Source: Chrysomallon squamiferum (Eukaryota > Animalia > Mollusca). From it: DNA of 64,000 nt. Below, in pieces: positions 10,835 through 23,751 of this stretch. The notes beneath the pieces are model-generated. The model made no database searches, was not told the DNA's origin, and saw only the letters and a list, made by a program, of their open reading frames with translations. The stretch lies in assembly GCA_012295275.1 (NCBI GenBank), contig CM022672.1, positions 17,236,001 through 17,300,000 of the forward strand. The letters are read 5' to 3'. The position numbers and the translations under genes are program-made. Positions within the stretch are counted from its first letter, which is position 1, and each line of letters begins with the position of its first letter.

Positions 10835-13800
10835 TTTAAATTAAAAAATTAAATAAATATTTGTATGTAACACATTAACTAAGCAGTTCATTAATTATGT
10901 TTTGTTTATATATTTTTTTAGATCAAGAGAGACAATTATTATTAAGGAAATTCCCATAGTGAAAGAAATGACACTGGTACTGAAAGAATGGCATGGTATT
11001 TGGAAACAGATTTATGTGGTAAGACTTATATATTACATATGTTTTTATTTTATCTCATTTTACAGCTTAATCTGAATAGTATTTTATGATTATATATTTA
11101 TTTAGCACATAATTTCTTTTGTTTCTCAGCTATCAGACTTTGAGATGTTCAGATAAATTAAGTATCTAATGGAAGCTGTTTTCATGAGGCGTATAATCTG
11201 TTAAAATATTTAATTATTATGTTTTTGACAGATGCAGGAAAAAGACTTGGACAAAATCAGTGAAATGATAAATGAGCTTATTGACTGGAGGAGGAAAATT
11301 TTGTCTCACAAACTCACCAATGTATGTATATCATTTTAGAAGAATTTCCTCTTTCAAATCCTAAATAGTTTGACATGTTTGGAGGCAGAAATAATGTGGT
11401 CTGTGAAAAACAACAGCAGCAACAAAAACTAAAAAAACCCACTCTAGATCCAGTGTTGTTTACGCTTTTGTCTGAAATTTCAGATTTTGAACTGCTGGAA
11501 CGATTTTTAGCTGCTTATTTATATGATGATACGGATTTCTATCTTTGAATTGAAAGGACTGACATTTTTATAGTTAGGACATAATGCTCATCACATAAAA
11601 ATTAATTTATTTGTAATAAAAAAAATATATAATAATTATCCTTAAATTATAAAATATTTATATTTACTGCTTGTGATTATCATAGATTTTTTTAAAAATT
11701 TTTTTTTTTTTTTTTTAGGATGAACTGAGGGCATTGCAGCAGGATATTACTGCAAGAATTGATTATGGAAACGCGTAATTATTTTTCACTTTTTAAAGAA
11801 TTTATTATTTTCTGGTTTCATATAAACTAAAAATAAACAAATAGGTTAAAAATGTATTTGTTTGGTTAGAAACTAGAGTTAACTAAATCAATAAGATTTT
11901 ATAATCATTAACCCTTTGTGTTAAGTGAATATATCCATTCAAAATTTTATTACTGTTAACAGTGGAAAGTAGATTTAATCCACAACCTTAAAGAAATTTC
12001 TCATTATGTTCAAAGAAGTGGACACACCCTCAGAGATTCCCAAACATCATTTCGGCTGAGTATGTACTGCCATTTTGTGGAAGAGGCAGCAAAACTTGTA
12101 CTGTTGTTATTTTTAATTATGCAGAGGAAGGGTTAAATTACATTGTTTCTTTAAACTGGAAAATATTAAGTAACAATTATTTTCAATTTCGTTCAGTATT
12201 TTATGAATATTCATAAAAGAATACTGTATGTTTAAAATTATATGAATAAATATTTTATGAAGAACAATCAGATATTTTACTTAAATGTTTTTTAAGCCAA
12301 AATAAGCTTTATTCATTGTGATTGATATTGTATACTGAAAAACCATAATCTTTAAAATTCTGCTCTATAATGTAAAGATTGAATGTAAATTTTGATTTAT
12401 TGTGATGGATGTTGTCTTCTTTTAGTCTTCTCAGTTTGGACCTGGTTGTTAGAGATGAGCTGGGAAATGTGCTAAACCCAGAGACTACGAGTGTGATAGA
12501 AGTTCACAGAAGGGTAAATAATAATATTCCATTAAATACAAGACCTTAGAGCTTTAATTATCAAAAGATATAACAACAAAGCCACATATTTTTGAACAAC
12601 TTAAGAATATAATTTATTCAGTACCCATAATTCACATTTTCTTTATTTCAGCATTGTTTGGCTGCAGAGAGGATAAGAAAAGAAACAGTAAGTTGTTTGT
12701 ATAAGTTATAATTTTACAAATTTAATTAAGGAAAAGCAGTGTCACTGTTTTTTTCACTAGTTATAAATCGAAACTGTATTTTAAAGTATTTTACTTTTCA
12801 AACATTTCACATTCAGTTTTTCTTTATAGATTTCTTTCAGATAATTGTTAAGTTGGTCTGTGTTTCTATCTATATCAATCAAGCTATCAGTCAAGCTATT
12901 TGTTGATTCTGTTTGTCTGTTGCCTACCTACTATCAACCCACCTACATACATACATATGTGAGTCCACAGTTAAGTATGTAATGGCTGTTTTGAAATAAT
13001 ATGTTGATATTTTTTGTTGCAGCAAACAAATATAAAACCAGAGAATGAAGCTCGTATTTTATCTTACCCTCACACATTCAATCTTTTTGTCATGCTGCGC
13101 AATTTTGTGTGCAAGATAGGAGAGGATGCAGACATTTTGATGAATCTCTTTGATGCAAAGGAACAGAAATTTATAAGGTATAAAATATTCCTAGAAAAAC
13201 CGCAAATATTGAAATATAGGAATTGTGGTCTGTCTCCGAGAGGTTACATAAATTACCTTGAAATTGTAAGGAACTGTTTTATTTTTTATTACAACGGTCT
13301 TTTGTTTTGCTTTATTATAAATTAAAAATAAAATATATATTAATTTTATCTTAAAAGCCAGTTTAAATTCGTATTAAAAATTATAAATATCCAGAAGAAA
13401 ATAAAATAACTAAGTGCATTTTCCATTAAACTGGACTAATAATAGGTAAACAGAAAACAGTTCAAGGTAGCAAAAAGAAAACCCAACAACATGCAGACAA
13501 AGAACATTAATTAATAAAATAAGCTTATTAAAGGGACCTGTTTACAAAGAGAATAAATTATAAAAACACACAGAAAAGGAAATACAGTTTGGAACTATAA
13601 ACAAATGTTAGCGAAAAGCTTCTAGATTTGTATATACAAAAAAATAGGTTCTTATAAAGATATCTTGCATTTTTTTCAGTGAAAATTTCTTGGTGAAATG
13701 GAGTAAAGAAGGTGTGCCAAAAGATATTGAAATGCTCAACAATTTTCGAGTTGTTTTTACAGTATGTTTGTTATAACTTCTTAATATTATTTAATTTGAC

Positions 13801-16800
13801 ATACATGTTTAGAAGTAAAATCATTCATTGTTGTTACTAATGCAGAAATGTTAATAACATGAAACACTCAGCAATTTTTACTGTGTACAATAAATATTTT
13901 TGGAGTAAAAATTACCTGAATACATCAGTAATAATGTCTGCCTATATTCACTTACTGTTTTATCGATAATGTCAAAATTTCACATTGATGGTATTATATT
14001 TTCATAATAGGTTTATAATAGTATTTATACAATATGCATTTTTCATTATATAGTTATACATAGTCAGTTATTAAAAATGTGTTTAAAAATGTCAGGTATT
14101 TGGGTATCTTCTTTGTTTTTATTAAATTTATTAATACACTTATAGACAACCATATCTGTATCTACCTGTATCTCTATCTAACTGTCTGTATATATTTATA
14201 AAAATCTTTCTTTTCTTTTAGGATCTGGGAACAAAAGATCGCTTGAGAGAGAAAGTGTATCTTGTGTTTCAGATAGTCAGAATAGGTACATTTAGTTCTT
14301 TTTTTTTTTTTTTTGCTTAATTCATTTTACTGTTGTATGTAATGGTTTTATTTTTAATCTTCATTTCAGTATTGAAGTTTGTTTGATGGTAGCTAAAAAT
14401 GACCTTAGCATACTTTGTGTATTTTAATGTTATTATTCTTTCACAATAATAAATTATGTTAATAAAACAAAGAGGTTACAATTGTTTAGTGAATAAGAAC
14501 ATTCAAACATTTATTTACCAATATATGGGATAATAAAAAAAAAAAAAAAAAAAAATGAAATTGCTGAAATTGCAGACAAAGATATTTAGTAATAGTAATA
14601 GCATTACATCAGTAACCAAGTCAGAAACTGGAATAGGAAAGATCAAGTTAATCATATTTAAAATATTTACTGGTGCTTTCCAGTCCATCTTTTTTCTTTT
14701 TACTTGTTTATAATTGTGAAAATAAAACTTCAGTAAAATAATATGCAGTACGATCAAATTTTAATTTAATTCTGTTAAAACTTCAAATGTTTTAATTAAG
14801 GTGTTATGGATCCAAAAGATGCTGAAAACAAAAAACAAACTCAGGGAATCAGAAGACCTTTTGGTGTGGCAGGTATTAAATTTTTTTTTCACTGTAATAT
14901 ATTTATTTAATATTTTATTAGTTATTATCTGACAAGTATTTATGTATTTATTTTTTAATGGGAAAATGTGTGTAAATAATGCAGCTATTAACTTTTCAAC
15001 TATTCCTTAAAGAATTTGTATTGGAAATAATTTTTTTTTTTATTTTTTATCTTTATTTAATATCTGATTGATGTAATTTTATAAAAAGATTTTATATGTA
15101 TTATTTATTTATTAATAATATCATTATAATTATTTTTAAAATGTTTTAATTCAGCAATGGAAATATCAGAGATTATTCAGGGGAGACAAACATGCCAGGA
15201 AGATCAGCAGTTTTTTATTCCATTTCAGCAGTAAGTTAATTGTCCTTGATCAAAATTAATTTATTTAAGCTTAAATTTAAACATTAACTGTAGTCAGTAA
15301 TAGAAAGTTAGATTTAATCTGTTTTTATTATTTGAAACTTGAACAACAGAAACTATTTCTAAATTATTCTTCAGATGTGGAGAAAAAGAATTTATGGAAA
15401 ATGTTATCAAAAAGGTTATTGTGGCCAAGGAGATCAATCACAAAGGTCAAGGTCTTTGGGTTTCTATGATGATTCTGCCAGGGGACATGAAACAGGTATT
15501 TTTTTAATTTATTTAATTACTTCTGTTAAAAAACCTTTTTTTCTTTTTCTTTTTTCTTCTTTTTGTAGCTAAAACACATTCATGCAATTATTACAGTTAT
15601 ATTAAAAATTTAAGTCAGTTTCCATTTTTATATTTTATTTTATTTAATTTCTGTCTCAAATGCATTTTATCTTACATTTTAGTACTTACATCTTGTAATA
15701 TTAATATTCTTATTTTATATTTGGTAAAATAAAATAAAAACTATAAAAAAATTGGAGATGCCATCAACTTAATTTTTAGTTGTTTTACAGCAGGTTTTTG
15801 AGTACAGAAGACCAAATGTTTTGCCGGTATCATAATTTTAAAGAATTTTTATTCATTTCCCATATTAGCATGTTATACTGCATACATCAAAGACATAAAT
15901 GACCACATACACTGACAGCATTTTTTAAAATTATTTATACAATTGATTTTCTATTTTTATAATGTATATATAAACCATAAATAAATAAACAGGTTTAAAT
16001 TATCAATTTTAATTTTTTACTGCTTGAAAATGGTTTTAATATTTTATTATTACTGTAACTTTAAACCAACCTCCACTCAGAGGATTTGAACCCTGACTTC
16101 TTTTCTAATAGCTGAGCTAATAGTGAAGTTATCACATCTCACAGTGACAGTATTTGTATTTTTACACTGGTTTTGTTTGGTCAGTTTCGAAAGCATCTGT
16201 AAAACTCGTATAGCTGTGTACAAAAAACTTAAGGCTTTAAATTCACATTACACATTTTGAAGATTGCACTTTTCTAAAACACCTCAAATAGGTTAAGACA
16301 AACAATTATATATACATGTATGTAGCCTTTATTAGCAGATTTAGGCCTTAACTTAAGTTTATATTCATCTAAAGGTAAATTTTGTTGATAGTATGTATGG
16401 TAAAGAAAAAAAAAAAAAAAAATTAAAATTTGATTTTATGAAAATAATATTAATAAAAAAATATAAGGTGATAAGCCAGCAAATAAATTTATTATCTAGC
16501 TGTTCAAATTGATATGGTGCACTAAAATGAAAAAAAGAAAAAGGTACGGTTTCATTAAAGAAAAATCACAAGAGTTTGTCATTTTAGTTTTAAGTACAAA
16601 ATAAAGTACTGAAATACTTTTATTTAATTCCTTTCCTTTCACCCATGGATGATCAGTGGTTGCATAGTCACAGTGCTACATTGTTTTTTTCTGGTGACTG
16701 ATATTTTCTTTCACATACTGCATATATTGGTACTTTTCATATTTTGATATATAATACTGCCCATCTCAAAAAACACCTCTACCTTATTTCTCACTTAAGT

Positions 16801-17025
16801 CACAAATGTTTATGATGAAGTTAATTTTAGTTTTAATGATATATTAAAAACAATGGTAGTTTCATAATTAATTTCATTTTAAAAACAAATGTCTTTACTT
16901 AAAATAAATAAAAAAGTATGTGTATGTGTTTGTGTTCGAGAACATAAACAAAGAAACAGAATGAAAATTGTTTATTATTAATTCTTGAATAAGTTTTTCA
17001 GTTAATTATTTAAACAAAATATTTC

Positions 17026-17059
<34 letters not shown>

Positions 17060-17068
17060 CATCATCAT

Positions 17069-17145
<77 letters not shown>

Positions 17146-20100
17146 TACAACTACTATTTTAAATAGGTACATGAAGATTATCCACATTTGGTTGTCACAG
17201 GAACACCAGTTGCTAGAAAAATGGGTTTCCCTGAAGTCATAATGCCAGGTACATTACAATATTCAGTCATAATTTTAGTACATAGTTACATTCTTTCAGT
17301 TAAATAACAAAATCTTAATGCAGCTGTGTTGTTTCTAATTAGCATTACCTTTTATCTTTTACTTGATAATTAATAGTATCGATTCAGATTGTGACATAAG
17401 CAGCTAACCAGAAACTGTGATGAGCAAAGAAAGTTGTGTTAATAACTGAAACATGATGTGTCTGTTTAGAAACATTCTTTGATATAAATTTGTGGCAGAC
17501 ATCATTTTAACTTAGCTTTTCTAATTTAATATCTGTAATAAATTCAGAAATTATTTCATTCCTGCCATTTATGATGTCTGCTGACACTTTATCACCAATG
17601 ATAGATTTTTTATAGTTTCATGATAGTGTTGACTGTAAAATAGTTGTATGCACATATTGCATTACAGGTATATATTATGACTTATCAGTATTTGTTCTTG
17701 ATTTGTACAAAATATTTATTGTTAAAAGTATTGATTCTATTTATATTTGAGTTGCAAATGTTTTACATTCAGTTTGATGGTGTAGAAAACAAATTTGTTT
17801 TAAAAATAGTTTTCTGATTAAATAACTGATTTTCATTTTACAACCTTGTAGTGGAGGGTAAGATGTTAATTAGTGTTCTGTATTGTAAATTAGTAGTACT
17901 ACTTTTCTTCCACACTGTTTATTTCAAAAATATATTATTTTTATTTTTATTTGTTGTGGCTTTTATTTTTATGTATCACTTCATTTTTGTCCCTAGATCA
18001 GATTTTATTTTGGCTTTATTGTTCTGCATTTTTAAATTATTGATTAATTTTTTTTTAAAAAAAAATTCATTAAACTGTTTGTGATTTTCATTCCTCTCTA
18101 CTTAGCACATTTTATCATCATATTGTTGTAAAATTAATGGTGTAGTATTATTACTTGTTTTTGAATAATATTCTAGGGGTGAATCTTTGAATTTGTTTAA
18201 ATGTTTCAATGCTAATTCTTTTTGGAAATAATATTATTTTTGTAATTATTTGTTTCTGTTCCTCTTTGAAAGTAGAAAATAAAACAGGAAAAAATAATAA
18301 CAAAATATTACTGTTGCGTCTATGTAGAAAAATTCAAATATAAACTTGACTCCATTTAGTAATGTTTTGTTTTGATTTCAAAATGTTCACTGTTAAGTTT
18401 TGTTGTCTATAATTTTAATTACTGTCTAATTTTTGCTGCATTTGAAAATAATTATTATTACCATTAAAATGTGAATCAGCAGTACCCAAATAAATTTCTG
18501 TTTTAATGTCATGTTTGTTGTATAAAATCTTTAAAATGAGATCTAGATTACTTTTAATGGTATTATTATTATTATTTACTTACTTATATACATACATATT
18601 TTTTTTTTTTTTTATATAGATGAAAGCATATTAGTATTTTTTACTGAATGAAGTTACTGACTGAAATCAGTTTTTGATGTTAAAATAAGTAGAATATGAT
18701 AGTTCCCAAATTTTATATACTTTATTAATAATTAATTACACTACAGTTTGCAGTATGAAAACAAATGTACTTAAAAGTTTTATATTAACAAGCACTTTAT
18801 TTTATTACTTTATATTTTCATATATAAAATTGTAAGTTTCTTTTTATCGAACAATTATATCATAATATCACATTTTTATTATTGTTATATTTTTTTTATA
18901 TTTATTTTGAAAACAAAATACTTCAAAAATGTTGATTTAAAAAAAAAAAAAAAAAAAAGATTAAAATTGCTTAACAAACTGAAGTAAAAATATAACTGCC
19001 TTGCTTGTTTAGGTGATGTCAGAAATGACATCTATGTCTCACTGATGTACGGAGAGTTTGCTAAAGGCCCAACAAAGACAACAGATAAAAACGTTGAAGT
19101 GTCTATGGTCGTGTGTAACAGCCAAGGAGACGTTCTACCAGTAAAATTTATTATTATTTATTTTTATTATTATTATCAGATTTATTTGCAGAAGCCAGGT
19201 TTTAAAACATTTTAAACAGATACTGAAACAGAAATTAACATCAAGTTTAAACTTTTTGAAAAGCAGATATAATAAGACATTTATTAAACAACTTCTGAAA
19301 TAAATAAATAAATAAATAATTGCTGGAAAAAGAGAATGTTAAATATTTTACATTTTTACAAATGAAACAAAAATGTAGTTATTATTTGGTTACTAAAATA
19401 CTGTTGTTTCTGTATATGCAGACACTAATATGCAAGCACTAATGCATATACAAATGCACACATATGTACAGACAAATACACTCACTGACTTACATAAACA
19501 CATTTAAATTATTTATGTTTTTGTAAACAGAAAGTGATCAGTCATGGCTGTGGGGAATCAATGATGTCTGAGTATAAATCTATGATTTACTATCATGAAG
19601 ACAAACCAAAATGGTATGAGATTGTTAAGGTAAGTAATAATGTCTTTGAAGACATCTTTGTGACTATTTTAAATTCACCACAGATTCAAGAACAACAGCA
19701 ACAACAAAAACAACAATATGCTGAAGAAACAACAAATCCAGATTACTTATATGTTTATTTATTATTGTTTTTGTGACATTATTTGACAAAGAAATATTGG
19801 TCTGAAAGTTAGAAAAATATTAATAACACAGTTTCTGCCAAAATTCGAAGAAGGAAAACACAAACAAAAAATAATATCAGTTTTATGATTTTATCTTGAA
19901 GTCTGAAAACAAATCGGAAATGTTAAACTTCAGAATATAAAGATGTTTGGGAATGTGTTTTCAATATTTTTAGTTTAATATTACTATTCTCATTTAATAT
20001 TAAATTATTTTGTGACAGGTTGCCATCTCAACAGAAGAAGAATTCCGTGGACTGCATCTTAAATTTCTTTTCAAACACAAGTCTTCATCAGAAGGTATTG

Positions 20101-20595
20101 GTTATTTTAAAATATTAATTGTATTTTATTTGATGAGATATTTATTTAGCTCTGTACAGGAAATCAATGTTTACTAATCTCAAATTATTATATGTTGTTG
20201 CTTGCCTTGATGTAGAAAAATTAATTTTATCATTTCTCCTTTTCTGATGAAAATCTTATAGGCATCTAATTTCTCTGTCATTTTTGTTTTCACAGCTGAA
20301 AGAATAAATTTTACTGGTAACCTTTTCTTTTATTCTGATATTGAAATTTTATTATTTTATCAATTTTAAAATAAAAAGCAAACAGTTTTTAATATTTATG
20401 TTTTGTTTTAGTTGTACATCAGTTTATAATCAAACAATTATCTCTATAAAAAAAAAAGTAATAATGAAAAATAAAATAAATAAACTTTATTAAAATTAAA
20501 GTGTACAAAATAAAATTATAAATGAAATTAAAACTTTAAAAGCAGTTTTGAAATGTTTGTTTGTTAAACAATAAAGAGAGAGAAATTTGATAAAC

Positions 20596-20648
<53 letters not shown>

Positions 20649-23600
20649 AAGACACAGACACAGACAGACACACACACACACACATTGTAAAATTATCTTA
20701 ATGATATTATTTATTTATTTATTTCCTTTTTAATAAAATTAAATTACTAATTAAAATGTATGTTATTTTTTACATTAAAACAAAATAAATCATTAAACCG
20801 AATATCACAATTTCAAAATAGGACATGAATATTTAAATATATTTTAAATATATATATCTTCTGTAGAATAAAATTATAATAGTGAAATTTATTTGTCTGT
20901 GTAACATATTAATTTTGCAGTTCGATGCCGCAAGAGTTATGAAGGTAAAAATTACAAAAACAGAATTAGTATAGTTCAGTTTGCTTTCAGTTAAAAGAAA
21001 TTAGATGAAGACTTACAGATGAAATTTATGAAACTTTAAACTTGTACATTTTACATCATAACATTAGAGGATTTAGATTTTTAAATTACACTGTAATGTT
21101 ATAAGCATCATATTAATTTTCATTCATTCACAACATCATTGTCATTAGTTTTGGTGCTAATACTCCAACATTGCAATACAAATTACTATTACCCAGATCA
21201 TAAAATATTTAAAGAGCAAAAATCATCGGAACAGTCTTTGGCTTTTAATAATTTACCTACTATTTCTAGCATCTTTGGTCTGGTTTCTAAAACTAAAAAA
21301 GTATATACATGGTTCTAGATATTAAAACTTACCATTCAGCAAATATATATACTTGCATTTTTAAAAAAAATATTTGTTCATAACAACAGGAGTGAAATTA
21401 TAAAATAGCCATTGCAATTTAAAAAATCAACAACAAACAAAAACAAAATACATAAAAGAAACCCTCCAAAAAAATAAAAAATAAAAAATCAGAAAAAAAA
21501 TATCAAGAAAACAAACCAATCAAAAATAACCCCATTATTGTAGCAAAATTATAACTTGCACAGGTATATAGAGAAATAGTGTCTGGTAGTTTGAATCACT
21601 GAAATGTTTCCATATCAGAATTATAATACATATGGAACATATTTTTAAATAAAAGAATATAGACAGAGGAAAAAAAAAAGGTGTATTCAATAAACTGCAG
21701 AAGTTTAATATCATACTTACCTTCTTAAAAATACCTTCTTTGATTCAGTCAGAAAGTTAGTACTTTCTACAAACATGTAACTCAGCTTTTAATATCATTT
21801 CTTCTGTTTATTTATTCTTAACCAATTTTTCTTCTTCTTTTAAAATCTTTTTACTACAGTATATCCATTATTTTATTTTATTTTTTCACATCTTTTTTTT
21901 TGTTTGTGTTTTGTTTTTGTTTTTTTAGTATTGTTACTAGTTGTAAACTAATATTCTTAATATCACAGTGTATAAAAATAAAACATTCACAAATTTCAGC
22001 ACTAATATAGAATGTTTTTATTCTGTTGCAGCATTTGTATTAATTAGCATCATGTTTCTGTAACTGTAGACATTTCAGCAACAATTTTGACTTAATATAG
22101 ATAATATATATATATATATATATATATATTATTTTGATGTTACATTTCTTTAAATTTTGTTTTGCTTTTGATACAGATGTAGTCATCATAGTTTTAATGT
22201 TTTAAAAAGTTATCTTTGATGTTAAAATCTAAGTATAATAATTCTAAATTGTATATAAAAAATATTTAACTTCAAAATTATTTTAAAAGTATGAAACTCC
22301 TTTGAATACTGGAAAAATAATTGAAATGTTTCTTTTATTTTCTGTCTGATTCTCCTTTTCTTTCTCTTTGCCCCTATCTTTTTTTCTCTCTCTTTCTCTG
22401 CATTAGTTAATTTTCTCATTTCTTTTCAATTATCTGTATCGTCAAATATTCCAGATCCATGATACTTTAATGTAACACTGTAAATTTTATTATTTTTATT
22501 CATTATTTGGTTTATTTATTTGTTTTCTTGTTTGTTGGTTGTGCTTGAAAAATCTAAAAAAGAACCCACAACTTGCTGATTTGCATATAATTATATAATT
22601 TTTTCTCGGATTATCAAATATTTAAAGTCAATGGAACAGTTGTTGGCTTTTATTCATTTACTTCCTATTTCTCTCTTTGATCTGGTGTCTGTTACTAAAA
22701 AAGTATGAACAGGCTACAGTGTATCAAAACTTTCACAGTTTAGCAAATATACATACTTACATGCTTTACTTTATTTTTGTTCATAGCAAGTGAAATTATA
22801 AGATAGACAATGCAATTAAAAAAAATCAACAACAAACAAAAAAAATCAAAATAAGTAACAGAAGAAAACCCATTTCTTTTCAATTAAAAAATAATTTTGA
22901 AATAGATTGTATCTGGTTTCATCAAATATTTCACATCCGTGATTCTTTTATGTACCATTATATGTTTTATTATTTTATTTATTATTTTGTTTATTAATTT
23001 TGTTTTCTTTTTTGTTGGTTCTGCTTGAAAGATCTAATGTTATTAAGCTGTATACTAAAATGTTTATGGTGGTAATTGGATTTTAAAAAAACCCTGCTGA
23101 TTTGCACATAATTATGTAATTTTTTTATTTATTATCATTATTTATTTTGTTTTTTCAAGCAAAAGACAAATCTGAACGACCGTTTGCCATGGCATATGTG
23201 AAATTATTGAATGATGATGGAACAACTTTAAAAGACTGCATACATGAATTGATTGTCTACAAGGTGAATATCTGAAAAATGTTAATTTTGTTGTTTTTAC
23301 AAGGAAGTCTCAAATCAAAGAAAAAAACAGATTCTGAAATTAAAGTTGTGAAAACCTGTATATCTGATAATAACAAGTAAAGAATTTTTTTTTTTTTTTT
23401 CCTACATTTTTAAACAATCAGATTGAGAGCAAGAAAGGTGATGATACAAAAGCCTACCTAGATCTGCCATCTTGTAAAAATGAACTTGAAGCTCGACAAG
23501 GCAGCCGCACCCAGATCCAGTCTGGAGCCTACTCCATCAGTCACAAAGATTGTTTTGTCATTGAGTCTTTTGTTTGTTCCACCAAGCTGACCCACAATGG

Positions 23601-23713
23601 TAATTTTTGTCTTTATATATAACTTTTATTGATAACTTTTACCAACAACATTCATAAATCCTACCCATATGCAGACATGTTAATAAATTAAAAAAATAAT
23701 AAGTTCTATATAC

Positions 23714-23751
<38 letters not shown>

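Noticed and set aside
12195-12228. AT-rich palindrome CAGTATTTTTATGAATATTCATAAAAGAATACTG
   Set aside because: Short, loopless and AT-rich; not a miRNA-like precursor or a recognisable MITE.
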